Below, one piece after another: positions 56,559-64,000 of a stretch of 64,000 bases of DNA; position 1 is the first letter of the stretch; each line of letters starts with the position of its first letter. Position numbers and translations under genes: made by a program. The notes under the pieces are model-generated. The model was not told where the DNA came from and ran no database searches. It was given only the letters and a program-made list of their open reading frames with translations. Origin of the DNA: Chrysomallon squamiferum (lineage: Eukaryota > Animalia > Mollusca); the NCBI GenBank assembly GCA_012295275.1, contig CM022670.1:4774001-4838000 (forward strand), written 5' to 3'.

Positions 56559-57238
56559 GCTTGTTAATCTTCATACAGTGAGATGCTCAGGTACAGTTAA
56601 ATCATATTCTTTATCTGTTTCCTGTGCTACACAAAGTTGTATAATGAGTTATATTTATAGAAGCGCCACCTCAGTTTAATTCATTTATTGGCCTCTAAAC
56701 CAAGCTTCGCTGTCTAGTTATAAAGCAATGACTGTAGCGCCTGACGTCTCAGACTTTGTAACTATAGCAACACCATCGTGGTTTCATGGTTTTAGAACCA
56801 AATAAAGTTTTTCCCTATGCCGAGTCTTAATTCTTACATTTTATTTGCAGTTAACTCTTTTGTCATAATGCTGCGTTTTTCACGCCACGATTTTGTTGTA
56901 GAAATACTGCTTTATAGTAGTGCCATTAAAAAAAAAAAAAAAAAAAAAAGACGGAAATGCAATGATTAAGCTACTAGCCTTCAGACAGGTAGATTCTAGG
57001 GATGAATCTCCATACGGACTGTGAATTAATTAGAAGGATGCAAGATAGCTAAATTATATTTTTTCTTCTAAAACTCAGCAAACTCTTCACGTTTTGACAA
57101 CGGATGGGCGTTTACAGCAGTTGTATAGTAATTATATAACACAGAGAGGCCGCAGGCGTGTTTCAAGTTATTCTTTAATTCGTGTCTACAATGAATTTTA
57201 ACTTCATATTGTGCTCACTGAATAATAATAATAATAAT

Positions 57239-57277
<39 letters not shown>

Positions 57278-58856
57278 AACAACAAAATACCATATATATA
57301 CTAAAATAAAAAATTATAAATGACACATTTCCCTGTAAAAGGTTATCAGGCGTCAGTTAATCTATAATTTTTATAATCGAACTATGAAAGAGAAAACCAC
57401 AGACTTATCTAGAACTGAAAAGCACGTGCCTTCATTTTCCATATTCCAGTCTCTGGGCGATGGTTTCAGTGGGAAACTGCCCGACTGGCGCTTTGAGGAC
57501 GACTAATCCTTTAAACCGTCTCACATCTCAGAGGAACGCTACATCCCACAGTATTAAATATTAATAGTCCAGTGTTGTTGTTTTTGTTTTGTTTTGGGTT
57601 ATTTTGTTGTTGTTGTTGTTGTTTTTTGGAGGGTTTGTTGGATTTTTTTTCTTTGTCAGATTATTGTTGTTGTTTATTAATTATTATTATTATTATTACT
57701 ATTATTATTATTAATAATTTATATATATAAAATTGACTATTATAACTGTTTCAGTACTCAACCTATTTCAGCTTTGAAAACGGACTAAAACAAAAGTTTT
57801 TTGCTAATAAAGAGTCTAAAATAATCCCCCACATCTGTTTTTTGATTAACACAATTTTCTACGTCTGTTTCGGCCCGTTCCCAACAATATCTGTCAACCT
57901 ATATCACTATTTAAGTGCCGCAAACAATCTGCACAATTACTACAACTATTTTTCTCCCGTCCACTATCACAACGTCCATCGTCGGCTGTAAGCACGATCA
58001 ATATTTACATAGTGTTTACAATACATAATTAACCTCAAAATGTCGCTCGTTTTAAATATGACTGGTGCTCGGACAAAGTTCAGTGTAATTAGTTGTTTAT
58101 AGTTTAAAACAATAGAACGCAGTCAGTGGGAGATACATACAAACTACCAGCGTTGTTATTGTGTTGTGCGGTGCATTAGTAGGGCACCAGTCGGTATCTC
58201 CCCGGTGCAACACGTCAAACAGCCGCAATGAAGAGTACAGTACGGCTCGTAACTGTTGTCACGGGGATCAAATGGTGTCGTTGTTTATGAGTGTTGCGGT
58301 TTTAGACGTTGTCACATTTATTGCATGTTCCGGTCATGGAGAAGTGAATTTTAACTTGTTTTGACAAGTGCTGTGTGTGGATGTGAGATGTTTGTGTGAA
58401 CCTGGATTTTAATGTCTGTGTTTCGTCTGTAAGTCCCATGGAAGGAGGAAATATTTTATTTAATGGTGCACTCACATACTTGAACTTATGATAAAGTTGT
58501 GTCATGCACATACATGGTTAGGAACCACATTACTGAAGAAATCTGTAGCTAAAACCATTCCAGTCAGCAGAAAGTGAAATTTTATATGACATTCCCGTAG
58601 ACAGGAAAATACATACCAAATCTTTTGATAAGAGAAGAATGGATAAGTCTAAGTCTAATCGATACTTTGATGCCGTGCTTGAAGCCTCTGTTATTAAACT
58701 ATTAATCGTCAATGTGTTTATAACTATTTGAGATTTTATGTTCATTTAGCCAAATAAAGTCTTATGAATACTAATCCGCTAATATTTATACATCATCAAA
58801 GACACAGAAATGTATGAAAATATTTATAAAACAATCTTCTTGTTCTTTTTTTTAAT

Positions 58857-58918
<62 letters not shown>
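58857..58918. repeat. (TA)n microsatellite
   Basis: Direct inspection. Confidence 0.95.
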
Positions 58919-58922
<4 letters not shown>

Positions 58923-61164
58923 GAATTATACGCAGATTGTGATCGCATTTAAAATTACTCATGAGAACTTATTTTAGTTTTTATTATTATCTATTTACAC
59001 ATGAATAAAGTTACTGAAGATATAAAGTTTATAGCTAAATAAAAAATCATATTTCTTTTGATTTTATATTAGAAATCTTAAGTGGCATAATACCCCAGGT
59101 ATAACAGTTAGCCCCAGGTGAGTCGACTATCAAACAATCACAGGTGTTACCTGAGAAAACACCTGAACATTTATCTTCATTTGATTGCGAGTCTTTATGT
59201 TTTAATTACTCAGCAATTAACAGTACAGATATTTAAAAACAACACCTAACGGTCACCATAACCAACACCCTCGCACTACCGTCAACACCCGCCCAAATTA
59301 CCATCAACACCCGCAAAGCACCGTCAGCACCATCAAGCCACAATCAACACACAACAGGCCAGTCATAATGGTTTAAAGAGAAAAGAGCATCTTTGATCTA
59401 TAAGGAGAGAAAAGTGTTGGGTTTTTCAATGTGTAAGAAGAGAAAAGTTTTGCATCTTTGATCTTTATGAAGAGTAAGGTTTCAACGTTTGATCTTTAAA
59501 AGAAAGTTAATTTTGTCAATAAAATTTTTTTTTTTTTAAATTTAATTAGCATTGTTCTAATGCTTTATAAATAAATAATTAACAAGATTAAAATATAATA
59601 ATAAATACAATTTCAAAAATTGTACTAGAAACATTTAAAAGAAAGCAATAATACAGGTAATATTTGATAAATATAGTTTCCATTAAAATAATTATCATAA
59701 AAATATGTTTCTTCATTTATTCTATTAAAATGGCATTCAAACTGTCAAAATAAAAAAGAATGTATTGGTTTATTAAATTAAAACAAATTTATCAGTTAAA
59801 TAAATCAATTTATACAAGATTATTATTTTCCAAAATAAAATTGTCTTATAAACAGCCATTATTGTTTCGAAGTTCAAATTAACAAGATATTTAACATTTC
59901 TATGTCATTAATCAAAACAGTGATTTAAAAAAACAAAAACAGACTTCTACAATAAAAACAGTTACTACACTTTCAGCATATACAACACCTCAAAGAGGTG
60001 AGAACAATGCATGATTGCCCATTGTCTTAATAAAGTGAGAAAACTTATCTTAAACATCTGAACTGAAAGAAGGCAAACTAAATAAAATTTCAATATATCA
60101 GAATAAACAAAATAATTTTTCTATTTATTATTTTTTTTTTTTATAGATAGTTATCAGACATCAAAGACTTCTATCAAAAGAGGGGCTCGGTAATTACCAA
60201 ACACCTACCAGGTAAACCCCACCTGCTTTTCGGGGTAGATAACACCCGTAACTATTTCAGCTAGTTAGGGGTGTGAGACGAAAGTTTTCCAGTAAAAAAA
60301 AAAAAAAATGTAAGGGGTTTAGTGGAATGAAATAACAATCGTGTCTCATTAGACAGGAGACCCAGGTGTAAACCTCCACCCAGTTTTCCAGGCAAACAAC
60401 ACCCACAGTTATCTCAGATGGTGAAGGAGAGAAAGTGTTAGAGTATTTATTTTTATTTATCAAAGAAAACAAAAAGATTAAAACAAATCTTTGTGGTGAA
60501 CTTGTATAAACTAACAATCATATCTCATCAGTTAGAGGTGCAAACATGCACCCTGTTTTCAAGATGGTCGTCATTACTAAGAATCGCTGCTGGTTAAATG
60601 TCGCGCTAAACAACTTTTTATTACTAAAGAGGATAAAAAGAGAAGGTTTAGAAATTTCCAGAAGTATCGTGAAATCATATTTTATCAATAGCTGATAAAA
60701 ATAAATCTCGTCTGGTATATTTATTCACTGTTTTGGGATTAGGTCGTAAATTTTTAAAAATTACTGCTTTCGATTTTTTTATTGTTAAAGAGAAGAAAAA
60801 CAAGAAAAGGTTTGGAAATCTTCAGGGGTATACAGAAACCGTATCTTATTGAAAGTAAAAATATCATCTCTGTTAGATTTAATCACTGCTGATGAAAAAT
60901 ATTCCACATTTTCAAAATTGTGACTAAAAAAAAAAAGAGGTAAAAACAAAAAAGAAATGTATGCAAATATAAAATGGCGATCGTTACAACACCGTTGATT
61001 ACTGCAGCTAGTGAGAAGGAGAAAATGTTACATTATTATTTACAGGTATGAGTTTCTGCATCTTTCTGATTAGAAAAGACTGCTACCATATTTTCGAACT
61101 TATTATTACATAAAAGATATTGAAAGATAAAAAAATAATAATAATAATAATAATAAATAAATAA

Positions 61165-61199
<35 letters not shown>

Positions 61200-62356
61200 A
61201 ATTAATTAAAAAAATTTAAAAAATAATAATAAAAAACATTTTAAAAAACCCAGATACATTATGAGACATCAGAAAACGACAGACACTAACACATTGTCAC
61301 TACCGGGTGTAAATTAAAACCTATACTGTTATTACCTTGATGAATTTATATTATTCCGATTTGTAATTATTTAAATAATAATTAAAAATATTATTTCCTT
61401 TCATTGAATCAAGATAAAAAGACAAAACGAACTCGAAAGATGATTGTCTATATATCAATGAGATAAATTTCTCTTTTAAAATCGAAGATGTCATATTAAA
61501 ATTTGTTTCCTTGCTACTTTTTTTGTTATGAAAACCAGTGATAAACAATTAATTAAAAAAAATAAATAAATAAAAAAATAAAAATCGAGAAATTAACTGA
61601 AATATGATCATAATATTAAAACAAATAAAAATTAAATCATATTTTATTAAATATTTCGTCATTGTGCTCACAAATAAATAATATTATATACTAATGATTA
61701 AAACCAATAATATAGTTTAATCTAATAGGAAGAATATATAATAAAATTAATAACACATCTAATAAGAATCTAAAATAACAGACACAATTCATATTACATT
61801 CGTAACACTAATCAAAAAATAATAAGAAGAAAAAGAAATAAAAATAGCTTCGGGTCAAAGGTCAGGGTTATTATAAAAAACTAATTCATTTGCAAAAACG
61901 GAAAGCAAAAAGGAACAAAATGGCCGTCTCGGATATCAATAAATTCTCACGTGTTTATGATTAGAGCACGGATCCAAGACTAATGCATGTAGCCATTTTT
62001 TGTACTTAGACATGAAAACACAGAACATGTGGCAAACAAAAAAGCAATTACCAGAGAGAACATTAACACGTGAGTATGTGTGTCAAACAGAGAGGCGAAA
62101 ACCCAAAAACATTTCCCCTTCGTTTAGCGAGCAGTCGAAACGTACACGGGATGAAAGCTTGGATGCACATTAAAAACACATTGTTGTTTTATAGTCGTTT
62201 CTGTGTATTGTTGTTATTTATATAGTTAATTTTATATTTTTGACGATTTATTTGTTTATTTTATCTCTGCTGCAGATACATTGGTCATTTGATTTTATAG
62301 CTACATTTATTATTAAATTATTCATTGTTTTCAAATAATATTTCAATAATCTATTT

Positions 62357-62425
<69 letters not shown>

Positions 62426-63486
62426 GTAACTAAATTGAGGCAAATGCTTAACACCGAAATTGACAATTTTTTAATTTTTTATTTTTCCATAAAAAGATTT
62501 TATTAAAAAATAAATATATATATAAATGGTTAGAATCGAGGATTTTGCGTCTTTCAAGTCCCAAACCTCTCGCCCAGACAGTTTTGCCCCGCTCCGATCG
62601 ACGATTAAGTGTTTTTGCCTCATTTCAAAAACAGTCTAGTTACGGCCATGATATATATATATATATATAGAATCCAACGAACAGCAAAAATTTCGAACTG
62701 GTTTTAATTAATTATTAGTAGTAATGATAGCAGACCAATACGCAGACGTTTGTAGGGAGAGGTGCGCATTGGACAGTTGAGCACAGAAACGCACAAATAC
62801 ACATACAGACATACACATATAAACACACACACACACAATGTTAACTTTGAATTTTCGACATCGCAAGACTCAACGGACCGGTAATCAGATTTATTTGAAC
62901 TGAAGCGAACTGATCCGTCAAATATCAGTCTAACACGTTTTCACTCTCTATTACTTTGTGAAACAGTCAACGGGCCATGAGATATACATCTTATTTCACA
63001 AGCTGGTCAGTGATAAAAATCGCCACATGTCAAGTACAACTGTATACAGTTTGACAATCGTAATCTCTCGTCCAAAACCCAAATGTCTTTATTACAAGTC
63101 AATAAAGCAGTTTTCAGTTTACTTCAGCGATCGGGCCAGTGATATCAATTATAGATAATAAAATTAATGTTGTCGTTTAGAGCCAAGGTAAAATAAAATA
63201 ATTTATATAAAGCACCCCATTAATTTATTGCGAACATAAAAGATTAATTATTTTCTTTTCTTAATGATTTGTATCCATGTAAAATTAATTACTTGGATAC
63301 AGTAGTACTTGAGAACGGTGGCAAATGATATGCGTGCAGGGAGCAAAGTGGTTTCTTTTTTTTTTAATTTTATGTATAATTTTTAAAAATTTTGGTGTCG
63401 CTATGTATGTATGTAGGTAGATATGTCAGGTGATGTGTGTATGTATGAGACGACGATGAACAAGAAAGGCATGCGTGAAAACATCT

Positions 63487-63576
<90 letters not shown>

Positions 63577-64000
63577 CATTAATGATGATTTATAAGTAAC
63601 GAGTTAAGATTACTCTGCTACTCATATATTATTATAATGTTCAAAATACTTTTTTTTATTATTTTCTTTTTTTAGTGTACTAGGAGCATTAGCTTTTTAA
63701 ATTTAGAAAGAAGAAGAAGAAAAAAAGTAATTAATATTCCAGCCCCAAAACAACAATTTAAATATTCCCTACTTGTTTACAGTAAGCAAACATCTTCATT
63801 TATTTAAAGTCCTTACCAAAACAAACAAGAAATACATTTGTTCTTACAAATTGTGTTTATATGTTTGTATAAATGTGTGCGTGTGTGCCAACATATTCAT
63901 TAGCACCTGTATATTTTAGGGAATTGGTGATCCCATCAATTCCTGGGTCAACGTCTGGCCGCATAGTTCAACTTGATGAACATTGCACTATTCTTCTTTT

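Noticed and set aside
60974-61045. Possible first coding exon (aaaATGGCG...CAG|GTATGA, 24 codons)
   Set aside because: No downstream exon found. AAAATGGCG could be a YY1-like site or part of the degenerate duplicated repeat at about 60560-61000.

Overview
This is AT-rich, microsatellite-rich animal DNA, probably from a mollusc (inferred from the gene type and SINE-like repeats). It holds two paralogous 7-EC (delta1-like) protocadherin genes arranged tail-to-tail, with stop codons about 7.6 kb apart. Gene A is on the + strand (coding exons 17322-19871, 22139-22351, 26188-26889; 1154 aa). Gene B is on the - strand (coding exons 51339-48775, 46493-46287, 35574-34468; 1292 aa). In each gene one large exon encodes the signal peptide, ectodomain and TM helix, and two private phase-0 exons encode the cytoplasmic tail; there is no shared constant region. 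The tails share short motifs (HQKLNQLASFRLH, RIKLGV, PPSY, TTSGSYS, VTDVYV-stop). Only B has DSGETVTGDSGHGS and an His/Gln heptad expansion. Other signals: a strong CpG contrast between the two large exons, an orphan CpG island at about 4.8-5.9 kb, a shared AAGTGGGCGG promoter box, a palindromic 41-bp minisatellite between the 3' ends, and degenerate SINEs. The other ORFs in the track are low-complexity or antisense artefacts. All counts and alignments were done by eye.
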